From contig CP070751.1 of assembly GCA_020348445.1 (NCBI GenBank), positions 4,743,778 through 4,807,777 on the forward strand: a stretch of 64,000 bases of DNA, given 5' to 3'. Below the pieces are notes generated by a model. The model saw only the letters and a list, made by a program, of their open reading frames with translations. It was not told the origin of the DNA and did not search any database. The translations under genes and the position numbers were made by a program. Shown here piece after piece: positions 1-9,645 of this stretch. This DNA is from Thermoplasmata archaeon. Lineage in GTDB: Archaea; Thermoplasmatota; Thermoplasmata; GCA-020350865. Within the stretch, counting starts at the first letter, position 1, and each line of letters opens with the position of its first letter.

Positions 1-33
1 GAATCAGCCGCTCTACCGCTGAGCTACAGTGGC
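1..33 (-). tRNA. tRNA gene, 5' part only (continues beyond the left window edge); isotype not determinable
   Basis: The minus strand from 33 reads GCCACUG UA GCUC AGCGGUA GAGC G GCUGA UUC. This gives the acceptor 5' strand, U8-A9, a 4-bp D stem around a GG-containing D loop, and the 5' strand of the anticodon stem. The window ends at anticodon position 34 (C). Confidence 0.6.
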
Positions 34-34
34 A

Positions 35-191
35 AATGATGTCCATACGACGTAGCTTAGCTGGCTAGTGGAGACCGAAGGTTTCCACGAAAGACCGCTG
101 AGCTACAGTGGCATATGTATTTGATGTGAGTAGCTTAGCCGGTGCAGAGGGGCTCGCAATGGCACCTCCAAACCACTAAGCTACAGTGGCA
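35..191 (-). repeat. Two tRNA-sized (78-79 nt) units that repeat the first ~18 nt of the adjacent tRNA and then fold into a long hairpin instead of a cloverleaf
   Basis: The minus-strand unit starts are at 112 and 190 (the real tRNA starts at 33). All three begin UGCCACUGUAGCU(C/U)AG(C/U)GG. In unit 2, tRNA nt 7-18 (plus 95-106) pair with plus 52-64 around an inner stem GUGGA/UCCAC. In unit 3, plus 176-184 pairs with 130-138. There is no T arm and no 3' acceptor strand (no GCCACTG on the plus strand nearby). Confidence 0.6.
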
Positions 192-426
192 TCGAGCTTA
201 CAGCATGAAATACCACTGAGCTTAAAAGGGTTTTGTGAAAAATATGAGGTGTTTTTGGCTTTTATAATCCAATTCAATCGATACCCTGATTTTGCCGACG
301 TGATAAGAGATGAGCATATTAAAGAGATTAGAAAAAATCTGATTTTCATCAATATAACTGCTCTCATCTTTCTTACCATCTTTATTAGGATTAACCACGC
401 CCTTAATAAAAAGTTGTATCGGTAAT

Positions 427-1014
427 TTATCCTTCCTTTTCAATATGCTCTTTGATCAGAACATTTACAGAATTTACTAAAGTGTTGAGGCTATCCACAG
501 CTCTCGTCAATTCTTCCCTTGTCCTTGTTTGCTCTTTATTCATCGAAATCAATGTTTCTGAAACGATCCCGTATTTTTCATCTAATTTGTTGAAATGCTC
601 ATCAGTGTGAACGGTAAGGTTATCAACCTTTTGCCCTACTTCCTCCACTTTTTGACCTACACAATCAATCTTTTGACCTAACCGATTGAAGTGCTTTCCG
701 GCTGTGGCATATCCCTGGAACATTTCATATGCTAAATCACCGGTCTTCACTTCAAATCTCTTGAATTCCCCCTTTGGCTTGCTGAAATTTCGCCTTACAG
801 ACTCCACATAAACCATGTCGTTCTTCAGTCTGATTTTTTCAGAGAATTCATCTATGGCTTTTCTTTCGCCTTCGCACACTATTCTGACCTCCCCATCTGT
901 GAGGTTCTCGATATATCCGACCAATTTTAACTTTTGAGCAGTTCTCATGATAAATGCTCTATAGCCGGCTTCCTGCACATCGCCTCTTATCTTTAAAATG
1001 GCCCTTGTTTTCAT
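427..1014 (-). CDS. Acylphosphatase-like domain protein with a C-terminal coiled-coil/repeat region
   Basis: The N-terminal ~90 aa fit the acylphosphatase-like signature (ILKIRGDVQEAGYRAFIMRTAQKLKLVGYIENLTDGEVRIVCEG). The C-terminal half has reiterated GQKID/VGQKVEEVGQKVDNL segments. Confidence 0.5.
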   Translation of the reverse strand: MKTRAILKIRGDVQEAGYRAFIMRTAQKLKLVGYIENLTDGEVRIVCEGERKAIDEFSEKIRLKNDMVYVESVRRNFSKPKGEFKRFEVKTGDLAYEMFQGYATAGKHFNRLGQKIDCVGQKVEEVGQKVDNLTVHTDEHFNKLDEKYGIVSETLISMNKEQTRTREELTRAVDSLNTLVNSVNVLIKEHIEKEG

Positions 1015-1116
1015 AATCTCCAGAAGCGCCCTATTGCTTTTTAGAATTAATAAGTTTCGGTCTTAAAAGATATATTACGTCAGCGTTTATCTCAAGATAA
1101 ATGTTCAACATACAGC

Positions 1117-1704
1117 TCAATTTCTTTTGGCTCGTACATACTTTTTAACCATTATATCATAAGCTTCTTGACAAACCCCGCCCTCTCTTTTTAGGTCTAA
1201 CAAGACCTGTGGAGTTGAAGCGACCCACAATCCCTTTATTTTTTGCTTTTTATAGAGAACATGGGGATCGTAAACGAGTAATCTGAAATTACCTTTGCCA
1301 ACTAATCCTTTTTTCACAATTTTATCTTTCCACTTAGGAATATCGTCTTTCACAACATATATATCTGCACTTGACGGGAATAAATAATGATTGAGTAGGT
1401 TTTCAGCAAAGTATGTTGTTAGAGCATAATCCATATCAATTTTTTTTAAGAACTTGGATGGTGAATCCATAAAAAAATCATAATGCAATGGCTTTCTTGA
1501 TATGGATTCCCAGATATCCAATAGACTTTCTATTTTAACAACTTTGGTTTCTTTAACGAGTCTTCTTTTCTGTAGAGTTTGCAGATATTCGATCGTCCAG
1601 CTAGTGGAGGTTTCCGAGAGTTTTGCAACTCGGTATTTAGTGAGGGTACCATTAGGTTCATTGAGAAGAACGCGGAGGATCCGTTCCCTTTTTTCACCAT
1701 GCAT
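1117..1704 (-). CDS. Putative winged-helix DNA-binding protein, function unknown
   Basis: There is an N-terminal wHTH-like segment (RERILRVLLNEPNGTLTKYRVAKLSETSTSWTIEYLQTLQKRRLV). The rest is unrecognised. Confidence 0.4.
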   Translation of the reverse strand: MHGEKRERILRVLLNEPNGTLTKYRVAKLSETSTSWTIEYLQTLQKRRLVKETKVVKIESLLDIWESISRKPLHYDFFMDSPSKFLKKIDMDYALTTYFAENLLNHYLFPSSADIYVVKDDIPKWKDKIVKKGLVGKGNFRLLVYDPHVLYKKQKIKGLWVASTPQVLLDLKREGGVCQEAYDIMVKKYVRAKRN

Positions 1705-1848
1705 AATATGTCGGAAAGGTTATACGTTTATAAAGGTTTCCGATATATCGGAGTTAAGAGTTATTTAAATAGGTTTCCGATATATTTGTATTAATTATAA
1801 GACTCAATTATATAAACGCTTGTATCAATACATCTAAAATTAGTTTCA

Positions 1849-2730
1849 TTATTCTTTTTCCTCGGGAGTTATCTTATCTTCAGGTTCTCCTTTCGTCTTG
1901 GTTGGCTCTTTTGAACCTAACTTTCTTGAGGCCAAGATTATGGCCACCAGAGCTACAATTATGCCTAAGATTCCCGATCCCATGGCTGTATAGACAAGAT
2001 TATTGTCCGGATCCTTCTCAATTATTGTCTCTTTCTCGGTGCTCTCAAGGATTTCTATTTCTTTTGTAAGATTGTTTATCTCTAACCAAAGCTCTGCATT
2101 TTCAGATTCAAGTTGAAGCATCGAATTGTTTAATTCATTTATCCTTTTATCGAGTTGGTTTATTTGCTGTTTAAGGTCATTGATTTGAAATTGAAGTTCT
2201 TCAAGATTAGAAGCAGTTGGGGTATAGTTTATGATTATATCGTTGAAATAGAAATTATTTGTCCCACTTTCCGAAATGGAAAGGTGTATATTATCTAACG
2301 AACAATTTAAACTCAAGAATATATCGTCATTAATTTCAGCGCCCCAATATATATCATACTCGTACAATTCGATTTCTAGACTATAATTTGACCTTCCTCC
2401 CCCAAAGCTCGATTTTACTGTGATGTTATTGACAAATATGGGATATGTAAATTGAAGCCAAAAATGATTGGAAAATTCACTGCTATCTTCATAAATAATA
2501 CCTGAACTTAAATCACCGTCAAATATTTTTGTTGCATTAGTGGGGTCACCATTTAAATAGACTCCTGAGGTAAAAGGAGTATTAATAGCATCTGATTCTA
2601 CAATTTCACCTATATCGAAAGTCTCAGCATTTGTTCCAGGTAAAACCAAACAGCTGAAAATGCCGATCATCGATAATATTGCACAAAGTCTTCCTCTGTT
2701 TTTCATGATATCCCTCAATTTGTATATCAC
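1849..2730 (-). CDS. Secreted, C-terminally anchored coiled-coil surface protein
   Basis: It has an N-terminal hydrophobic signal (LCAILSMIGIFSCLVLPG) and several N-x-S/T sequons. It has a long heptad region (LEELQFQINDLKQQINQLDKRINELNNSMLQLESENAELWLEINNLTKEIEILE). It ends in a C-terminal TM helix (GILGIIVALVAIILA) plus a Lys/Glu-rich tail. Confidence 0.45.
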   Translation of the reverse strand: MIYKLRDIMKNRGRLCAILSMIGIFSCLVLPGTNAETFDIGEIVESDAINTPFTSGVYLNGDPTNATKIFDGDLSSGIIYEDSSEFSNHFWLQFTYPIFVNNITVKSSFGGGRSNYSLEIELYEYDIYWGAEINDDIFLSLNCSLDNIHLSISESGTNNFYFNDIIINYTPTASNLEELQFQINDLKQQINQLDKRINELNNSMLQLESENAELWLEINNLTKEIEILESTEKETIIEKDPDNNLVYTAMGSGILGIIVALVAIILASRKLGSKEPTKTKGEPEDKITPEEKE

Positions 2731-2983
2731 AATTGTTGTTAATATAATTTATTAGAAGAGGATTTAGGCGGTAGATAAAAAGAATAGGGCAAGTGATATT
2801 CCATACATTATTTATAGAAGAGGTTTTGATGTTCCGTAACGATGATTAAATAGTACTATTTCCGAAGGGCGCGCCCGTTTAATAGTAAAAGCTGGGGATT
2901 ACATTTAAATTGGGCCAAAAAACATTGCTCGGAGCAAATGTTTATATATGGGATTAATTTAATATTGTTATGAGGTTGGATAA

Positions 2984-4336
2984 ATGAATAGCGATAGGAA
3001 GAAGTTAGTAATTCGTATATTCTCGATTTTGTTGATAATTTTACTCTCGATTAAAGGATTGTTTTTAATCCCTTCTATGATAGACAACGCAACTTCTGAA
3101 GGATCGACAGAAATTAGTGGTTTCATATCATCGGATGCTGTATGGGCTTTGGAAAATAGTCCTTATATAATAATTGAAAACACTTTAGTTGAAGAAAATG
3201 TCAATTTAACTATCGAACCTGGTGTAATCATTAAATTCAACTCAGATAAATATATACGTATTGATGGAACATTATATGCAGTAGGAACTGAATCAAATAT
3301 AATTACTTTTACTTCAAATTCAAAATCACCTGAAAGAGGTGATTGGGGTAAAATACAAATCGAAAAAACCAGTAAAGATTCTATTATAAAATATTGCAGA
3401 GTTGAATATTCATCAGAGGGAATTGATTGTAGCGCATTAATGATTTCTATAACAGATAGCACCTTTTATACCAATGGAAATGGGATTGATTTGCATGATT
3501 GCGACTCAATTATAATGAATAATGAATTTATCAACAATGAACTTGGAGTTAACGAGGGGAAAAATATAATTAACAATGTATTTATTAAGAATGGTCGAAG
3601 CATTCTCTATGGAGAAAATGTTACTAATAATATTGTTATAAATAATGATAGAGGAATTATAAATTCAAATCTTATACAAAATAACTATATCCTTAATAAT
3701 AATGGGGGTGTCGATATTGGGAGGAAAATTAAAGTCTATAATAACTATATTGTTAATAATAGTGAATATGGTATCAACATTTTAGGTTCGGCAAATGAAA
3801 ATATCACGAATAATATTATTACGAATAATGAAATTGGAATAGAAATGGAACAGGGGGCAACTTCTCAAATAATGAATAACAAAATTGCTAATAATAAAAT
3901 CGGAATTAATATTTACTTTAGTTCTTCTTCTAATGAAGATACAAATTTTACAATAAGAAATAATAATATCCAAGATAATATTGAGTATAATTTCCGAAAT
4001 AGTGTAGAAAAAAAATATTATATGAATTATAACTGGTGGGGAACGACAGATACATCCTTAATAGATATATCTATTTATGATTATCAAGATGATTTTGAAT
4101 TAGGTAAAGTTGAATATTTACCAATCTTAGAATCACCAGTGGATGTTATACTTCAAAATATGCTCCCAATTTCAGAATTAGATCTAAGTCAATATGATTT
4201 AGATGAACCCAAAGAGGATTCGGATGATGACTTCATAGATTTTCTTGGATCAGAATTCTTCATTGCAATTAGCGTAATTGTCATTGTCTTAGGATTAAGT
4301 ATATTCTTTTATAGAAGAAAAAGAAGAGATGTCTAG
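2984..4336 (+). CDS. Parallel beta-helix (PbH1/NosD-like) repeat surface protein with a C-terminal TM anchor
   Basis: It has an N-terminal signal/anchor (LVIRIFSILLIILLSIKGLFLIP) and many short Asn-rich turns of the form NNxIxNNxxGI. It has a C-terminal TM helix (FFIAISVIVIVLGLSIFFY) followed by RRKRR. A GAGGT lies ~8 nt upstream of the ATG. Confidence 0.55.
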   Translation: MNSDRKKLVIRIFSILLIILLSIKGLFLIPSMIDNATSEGSTEISGFISSDAVWALENSPYIIIENTLVEENVNLTIEPGVIIKFNSDKYIRIDGTLYAVGTESNIITFTSNSKSPERGDWGKIQIEKTSKDSIIKYCRVEYSSEGIDCSALMISITDSTFYTNGNGIDLHDCDSIIMNNEFINNELGVNEGKNIINNVFIKNGRSILYGENVTNNIVINNDRGIINSNLIQNNYILNNNGGVDIGRKIKVYNNYIVNNSEYGINILGSANENITNNIITNNEIGIEMEQGATSQIMNNKIANNKIGINIYFSSSSNEDTNFTIRNNNIQDNIEYNFRNSVEKKYYMNYNWWGTTDTSLIDISIYDYQDDFELGKVEYLPILESPVDVILQNMLPISELDLSQYDLDEPKEDSDDDFIDFLGSEFFIAISVIVIVLGLSIFFYRRKRRDV

Positions 4337-4352
4337 GGGACAACCCTATCCA

Positions 4353-5606
4353 TCAGCATCTATAATGCCCTTTTTCGTACAGCTTTTTCGAATGCTTCAA
4401 GGCCTCGATTACAGGCATGCTCTGACCTGCAAGATAAGTTATGCATGCCCCCCCGCCCGTGCTGATATGGTTGACCTTACCTTCCAAATTCAGGTTCCTT
4501 GCGGCAGCTACTGTCTCACCACCGCCAATTACTGAAAAACCCTTGGATTCTGCTATGGCATTGAAGATAATGGTCGTACCCACCGCAAATTCCTCTATCT
4601 CAAATACACCTGCAGGACCGTTTAATATGATGTTCTTGGCTTCCAAGATTTGATTTCTGTAGTTAACAGCTGTATCCAACCCTATGTCAAATATCCTCGA
4701 TTCTGCTGGTAGGTCCCCTAACGATAACCCTTTTCTTTCTCCGTTGTCATTTAGTACTAAGTCAGCGGGCACGTCTATTTTACTGCTGTGCTCACTATCC
4801 AGGGCTTTTGCCTGCTCCGTGAGCTCCTCGTATTTACCTACCTCCTTTTCGAGGAACGAGATGTTCGGCTCTCCAAGATCATGCCCCCTGGCAAGTAAGA
4901 AGATATTGGCAACAACACCTGTTGTGAGTACTCGATCAACTACATCATTCTCCAACATGTTTCTCATTACCTCTATGGTGTCGAAAACCTTTATCCCGCC
5001 AAGAACGGCGATACTTGGCCGCTCGTTACTGTGCATAGCCTTCTGAAGCATTGAAATCTCCCTTTCCATGACCTTTCCTGCAAGGCATGGCAGAACCTCG
5101 GTAAATCCAGTAAGCGAAGGTTGAGCCCTGTGCGCAGCAGCAAAGGCATCGTTTATAAAATAATCTCCAAGCTCAGCAAGATGGGAAACCATGTGACTTT
5201 CTGCCTGGGATGCAAAATCCTTGCCCTTTAACAAATGCTCCTCTGCATAGAACCTCACGTTCTCCAAAAGGATCCTTTCGCCCTTTTTCATGTTTTGAAC
5301 CTTGGTGAGGGCCTTGCTTCCAAAGAAATCGTCGATATAAGTGACCTTCTTACCGAGCCTTTTGGTGATTTGCTTTGCATGCTTTTTCAAGTTAGTAAAA
5401 TCCCTTTTGCCTGGTCTGCTCTGATGGGCAAGCAAAACGACCTTGGACTCCGAGAGTTCCTTTATGGTCTTTATATGGTTCCGAATCCTGGTATCGTCTA
5501 AAATTTCACCTGTCAAGGGATTTATAGGGGAATTGATATCCACTCTGACTAAAACGGTCTTTCCCTTCAAATCGAAATCGTCGATTGTCAGTATTTCCTT
5601 GGGCAT
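4353..5606 (-). CDS. pgk: Phosphoglycerate kinase
   Basis: 417 aa. The N-terminus (DDFDLKGKTVLVRVDINSPI...DDTRI) and the C-terminal STGGGA motif (HISTGGGACITYLAG) are typical of PGK. The length fits archaeal PGK. Confidence 0.9.
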   Translation of the reverse strand: MPKEILTIDDFDLKGKTVLVRVDINSPINPLTGEILDDTRIRNHIKTIKELSESKVVLLAHQSRPGKRDFTNLKKHAKQITKRLGKKVTYIDDFFGSKALTKVQNMKKGERILLENVRFYAEEHLLKGKDFASQAESHMVSHLAELGDYFINDAFAAAHRAQPSLTGFTEVLPCLAGKVMEREISMLQKAMHSNERPSIAVLGGIKVFDTIEVMRNMLENDVVDRVLTTGVVANIFLLARGHDLGEPNISFLEKEVGKYEELTEQAKALDSEHSSKIDVPADLVLNDNGERKGLSLGDLPAESRIFDIGLDTAVNYRNQILEAKNIILNGPAGVFEIEEFAVGTTIIFNAIAESKGFSVIGGGETVAAARNLNLEGKVNHISTGGGACITYLAGQSMPVIEALKHSKKLYEKGHYRC

Positions 5607-5724
5607 GTTTTCGGTGGATTATACATTAGTGGTATATAAAAATGTTTAGGAGTTTATAAAGGTCCTAGCCTTTGACTGGCATATATCAGCAACATTTAAA
5701 AGCATCTATTATCATAGACATCCA

Positions 5725-6513
5725 ATGTCCACTTTAATTGATCTGAAAGGCAGTCCCAATCCCAAAATAATTGGCAGGGCTATATACAGCTATGAGGTTT
5801 TAGGCTCCACGAACATCCAGGCAAAGGATTTGGCAGAATCAGAAGCTGAGGATGGTACCGTTGTCATTGCGAAAATTCAGAGTGAGGGTAAGGCGAGGCG
5901 AAATCGGAATTGGATATCGCCGGAAGGTGGTTTATGGCTTTCAGTGATACTAAGGCCGAATATCCCTCCTCAAAAGGCCACCTTGGTAACACTTATGGCG
6001 GCAAATGCTGTTGATGAAACTCTTTCTGAATATGGTCTTAAGGCCAAAATAAAATGGCCCAATGATGTTCTTATAGACGGCAAGAAGGTATGCGGGATTC
6101 TCACTGAGGCAAAGACTAAAGAAAATGAGATAGAATATCTTGTTCTGGGAATTGGAATCAATGCGAATTTCGATTTAAGTGAATTACCTGAGGATATCAG
6201 AGGGGCTTCCACTACGATAAAAAATGAATTAAAAAGGGATATCTCCCAGGATGAATTGCTTCAAAGGTTATTAGGACATGTGAATAAGTATTATGAAGGG
6301 CTCCTTGCTTCTGATTTTCAAAAAATTGTAAAAACTTGGAAGGAAAAAAGTGATACACTGGGAAGGCATGTGAAAATCACAACTCAGATGGAGAGTATCC
6401 AGGGCATAGCTCAGGATATAGACGATACAGGGGCTCTGATATTAAAGAGGGATGACGGTGATATACAGAAATTATTTGCAGGGGATTGTGTATATTTACG
6501 GAATGTTGAATAG
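5725..6513 (+). CDS. birA: Biotin--protein ligase (class I, no N-terminal HTH)
   Basis: It has the BPL signature GKARRNRNWISPEGGLWLSVILRP (GRGRxGRxWxSPxG type) and KWPNDVLIDGKKVCGILTE. Confidence 0.75.
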   Translation: MSTLIDLKGSPNPKIIGRAIYSYEVLGSTNIQAKDLAESEAEDGTVVIAKIQSEGKARRNRNWISPEGGLWLSVILRPNIPPQKATLVTLMAANAVDETLSEYGLKAKIKWPNDVLIDGKKVCGILTEAKTKENEIEYLVLGIGINANFDLSELPEDIRGASTTIKNELKRDISQDELLQRLLGHVNKYYEGLLASDFQKIVKTWKEKSDTLGRHVKITTQMESIQGIAQDIDDTGALILKRDDGDIQKLFAGDCVYLRNVE

Positions 6514-6522
6514 AAAAAGAAG

Positions 6523-7644
6523 TTGGGATATGACATGGATGTAGTAGAGTTAACAAAAAAGCTCGTTGAAATCCAGAGTGTGACAGGTAATGAAACCGAA
6601 ATTGGAGAGTTCATTACTTCAGAATTAGATGATCCCAATGTAGAAATGCAAAAGGTTGCAGGTTTTGGTCCCAATGTTATTGCTAAACATATAACAAAGC
6701 CCGAAGACCCTATCATCATCCTGAACTGCCACATGGACACAGTGGAGGTCATGCAAGGTTGGGAATCTGATCCCTTCACTCCAAAAATCGAAGGTAATAA
6801 ATTGTACGGTCTTGGAGCATGCGATATGAAGGCCGGAGTTGCAATTGCCATTGATGTCTTTAAGAAAGCACAAGAAATGGACAAGAATATTGTATTTACT
6901 GCAGTCTCGGACGAGGAAGGAAACAGCAAGGGCTCTTATGTCCTTCTACAAAAAATGAAACAGGAAGAACTCAAGGGAGATAACTCAAATTTGCTTTGCC
7001 TGATACCCGAGGATACCGAGGAACACGTGAAGCTTGGAGCTAGAGGAAGATACGTAATCGATATAGATGTTTTTGGCTGCTCTGCCCACGGAGCCACTCC
7101 TGAATGCGGTACAAATGCAATAGTCAAGTCCACCAAGATTGTAGATGGGCTTAATGATCTACCCTTAGCTGAGCATCCGATCATGGGAAAGGGCTCATTT
7201 TGTATCTTAAAAATAGAGGGTGGGGGAGATTCCCTATCAGTTCCTGATAGGTGTACCATTAGAGTGGACAGGCATACGGTACCTGGAGAGGATAAAAGCA
7301 AAATAATAGAAGACTTTGATAATCTACTTAAAAAACTGAATTTAAATTGTGAATACAAACTATCCTTCATAAAGAGGGAAACTCCATTCTTAGAGCCTTA
7401 TATCCTTGACAAAGAAAATCCCTGGGCAGTTAAATTTCTTTCAGCATATAGGGAGTATTGTGAAAAAGAGGCCCCAATTGCCTATGGAAGATCTGTGGGG
7501 GATTTCAATGCCTTTGGATGCCTCATGCCCACCATCGTTTTTGGCCCTATGGGGGAGAATGTCCACGGTTCAAATGAATGTGTCTTTATAGATTCAATAA
7601 AAAGGTGCAGGGATCTTTATCTTAAGTTCTTAGAGGGATTATAA
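6523..7644 (+). CDS. M20 family metallopeptidase (ArgE/DapE-type deacylase)
   Basis: It has the M20 metal-binding motifs LNCHMDTV and GACDMKAG, SDEEGNS, and a dimerisation-domain-sized insert. Confidence 0.7.
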   Translation: MGYDMDVVELTKKLVEIQSVTGNETEIGEFITSELDDPNVEMQKVAGFGPNVIAKHITKPEDPIIILNCHMDTVEVMQGWESDPFTPKIEGNKLYGLGACDMKAGVAIAIDVFKKAQEMDKNIVFTAVSDEEGNSKGSYVLLQKMKQEELKGDNSNLLCLIPEDTEEHVKLGARGRYVIDIDVFGCSAHGATPECGTNAIVKSTKIVDGLNDLPLAEHPIMGKGSFCILKIEGGGDSLSVPDRCTIRVDRHTVPGEDKSKIIEDFDNLLKKLNLNCEYKLSFIKRETPFLEPYILDKENPWAVKFLSAYREYCEKEAPIAYGRSVGDFNAFGCLMPTIVFGPMGENVHGSNECVFIDSIKRCRDLYLKFLEGL

Positions 7645-7655
7645 ATTTGAAATAA

Positions 7656-8693
7656 TTATGTAGTGGCTTGACTACTTGAGCACTCTTTTTTTCCGTTTGC
7701 AAAGATGTCATCATAGTACGGTTTTATTGCAGATAGGAATTCCTTGACCGAGGTAAAGGAGTTAGTTGCATAGTATTGGTACCACCCGCAGCGTCTTTCG
7801 CAGATTCTCATCTGGTCCCTGTAACGTGCCGCTTCCTCGGATTTGAGGTATTCCATAAGAGAGGTCTTTGTGAGATCGCATGTCTTCTGCCCAAGGATTC
7901 GGCATGGATAGAATATCACGCCATCGCAGTCTATTATGATGGAGGACGTTGAGCAGCCGTGGGGCATGTTGATTCTGTCCAGGTAACCATATGGAGTTGT
8001 AATCGTGTTTTTATAGGTTTTCTTCAGCCTGCTGATTTCCTTTCTAAAATCATCTGTGTTTGGGTAGAAATTCTTTGTTCTGTCCAGATGAACTGCAGGC
8101 ATAATCACGGTCCTGGCATTGGCCTTGTAAACCTTCCTAACCTTATCCTCAAGTGCACCCAATTCCTCGTGGGTTACCACGGTTTGTACACACACTGGTG
8201 CATATACCTGGAATTCCTCAAGACGCTCCAGCATATCCAAATTTTTATGGCCCTCGTCTATACTTATGTGCAGATAATCGATATATTTGCCGTACTCCTC
8301 CATGGGTGCCTTATCCAGAAGTAGCCCATTGGTTGTGAAAAACAGATAAAAGGGTTTTGTTGCCGCATATCTGAGTATTTCGCCGAGATCATCTCTTCTG
8401 AGGGGTTCGCCTCCCTCCAGGCTCAGTAAGGTGATACTGGAATTTCCCAGATTGTCCAGGACGTTAAACACTTCCTCTGTTGGAAGAACTGGTGTTTTTT
8501 CCATCCAGACATTGCAGAATTTACATCTCATATTGCATTTGTTGGTTATCTTGTACGAAGCGTAGAAGGGGTAAATAGCCTCTTTTCTGAAATAATTGCT
8601 TGCGATATGACCCGCAATCTTCGAGTACTTTGTTATTGGAAGAAGCCTCATATACATCCCACAAAAGCCAACTTTGGGCCTTTTATTGCCCAT
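7656..8693 (-). CDS. Radical SAM protein with a Cys-rich (SPASM-like) C-terminal region
   Basis: It has the CNMRCKFCNVW CxxxCxxC motif and the GGEPL glycine motif. It has further C-terminal cysteines (HGCSTS...IDCDG...YPCR...CERRCGWY). Confidence 0.7.
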   Translation of the reverse strand: MGNKRPKVGFCGMYMRLLPITKYSKIAGHIASNYFRKEAIYPFYASYKITNKCNMRCKFCNVWMEKTPVLPTEEVFNVLDNLGNSSITLLSLEGGEPLRRDDLGEILRYAATKPFYLFFTTNGLLLDKAPMEEYGKYIDYLHISIDEGHKNLDMLERLEEFQVYAPVCVQTVVTHEELGALEDKVRKVYKANARTVIMPAVHLDRTKNFYPNTDDFRKEISRLKKTYKNTITTPYGYLDRINMPHGCSTSSIIIDCDGVIFYPCRILGQKTCDLTKTSLMEYLKSEEAARYRDQMRICERRCGWYQYYATNSFTSVKEFLSAIKPYYDDIFANGKKECSSSQATT

Positions 8694-9645
8694 AATAAGG
8701 ATTTATGGCATATAATATTTTTGATTATTTATTTAGTGGTAATATTGACGTTGTTTTCCTATATTTATGGCTTTAGATTTTAATAATGATCAACAATTAA
8801 AACAATTCTCTTTATTTCTCATTATATCTTGTTATAAGGTGGTGGGGATGAGTAAACCCTCAACCCAGGGCGATGGACCAAATCTCAGGAGGAATTCACC
8901 TCTATCAATGAAGCATCGAATAGGATGCCTTCTTCCTCGTGTACAATCCGTAACAGATATGTCGAATCAATTGATTCCGATTTGGCAGCCGACACCTTAA
9001 GAAGCTTATACAATTCCCTATCAACACGAGGTTGAATGGAACCTGCCTAACATCTTTTAGATGATGACTGTCGAACCGATTTCAGATCGATTAAACGATC
9101 GGCACCGATTTTGGAGACAATCAAGAGGTACGTTTCAACAGAGATTGATTCACACACTTGGTTTGCCCTCAAAGCAGGTTGAGAATCAAAAAATGAGCAT
9201 TGATCGCCAGAAGGGAAATCATGCCCCAATGAAGGTGAACCTCCATTTTCGATTCCAAACCAAAGTACCGATTACTATTGCGGATGCGACGATCTCTTGG
9301 GATGGATTGCTCCCTCCCAATCAATCGAATATACACTCGATCAGGTTTTTCAAGTTGGTGAAAGACCAGCTTGTATCGCCTTGTAAGAGAAAACACTCAG
9401 ACATCACATATGATGAAAGGGTATCTTCTCAATTGGTAAAAGGGTTCAATACAAACCGCAAAGGTTCGTATTTTTTCAGTAGCAGTTACGGATCCGGCAC
9501 GCACCAATTATGCCTTGTTGCGCGCGTAACTAGACATTTGATTGGTGGTGTGAACTTACTACCTACCCTCCCCACCAAAACCTATATGAGTTTGCGAAGT
9601 AATAAATCTTTTGTTACTCCTCTAAAAAAGATCCCAATATCCTTT

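Noticed and set aside
35-191. Split-tRNA 5' halves or tRNAs with non-canonical introns
   Set aside because: The similarity to the tRNA stops at about position 18-20 rather than at 37/38. The sequence folds back on itself rather than offering a free complementary leader, and no matching 3' half or 3' acceptor strand is present. I keep this as a formal alternative to test with covariance models.
6411-7370. Antisense ORFs of 172 aa (6411-6929) and 144 aa (6936-7370) opposite the M20 peptidase gene
   Set aside because: Their translations are Ser/Pro-rich and featureless, while the plus-strand frame carries clear M20 metal-binding motifs.
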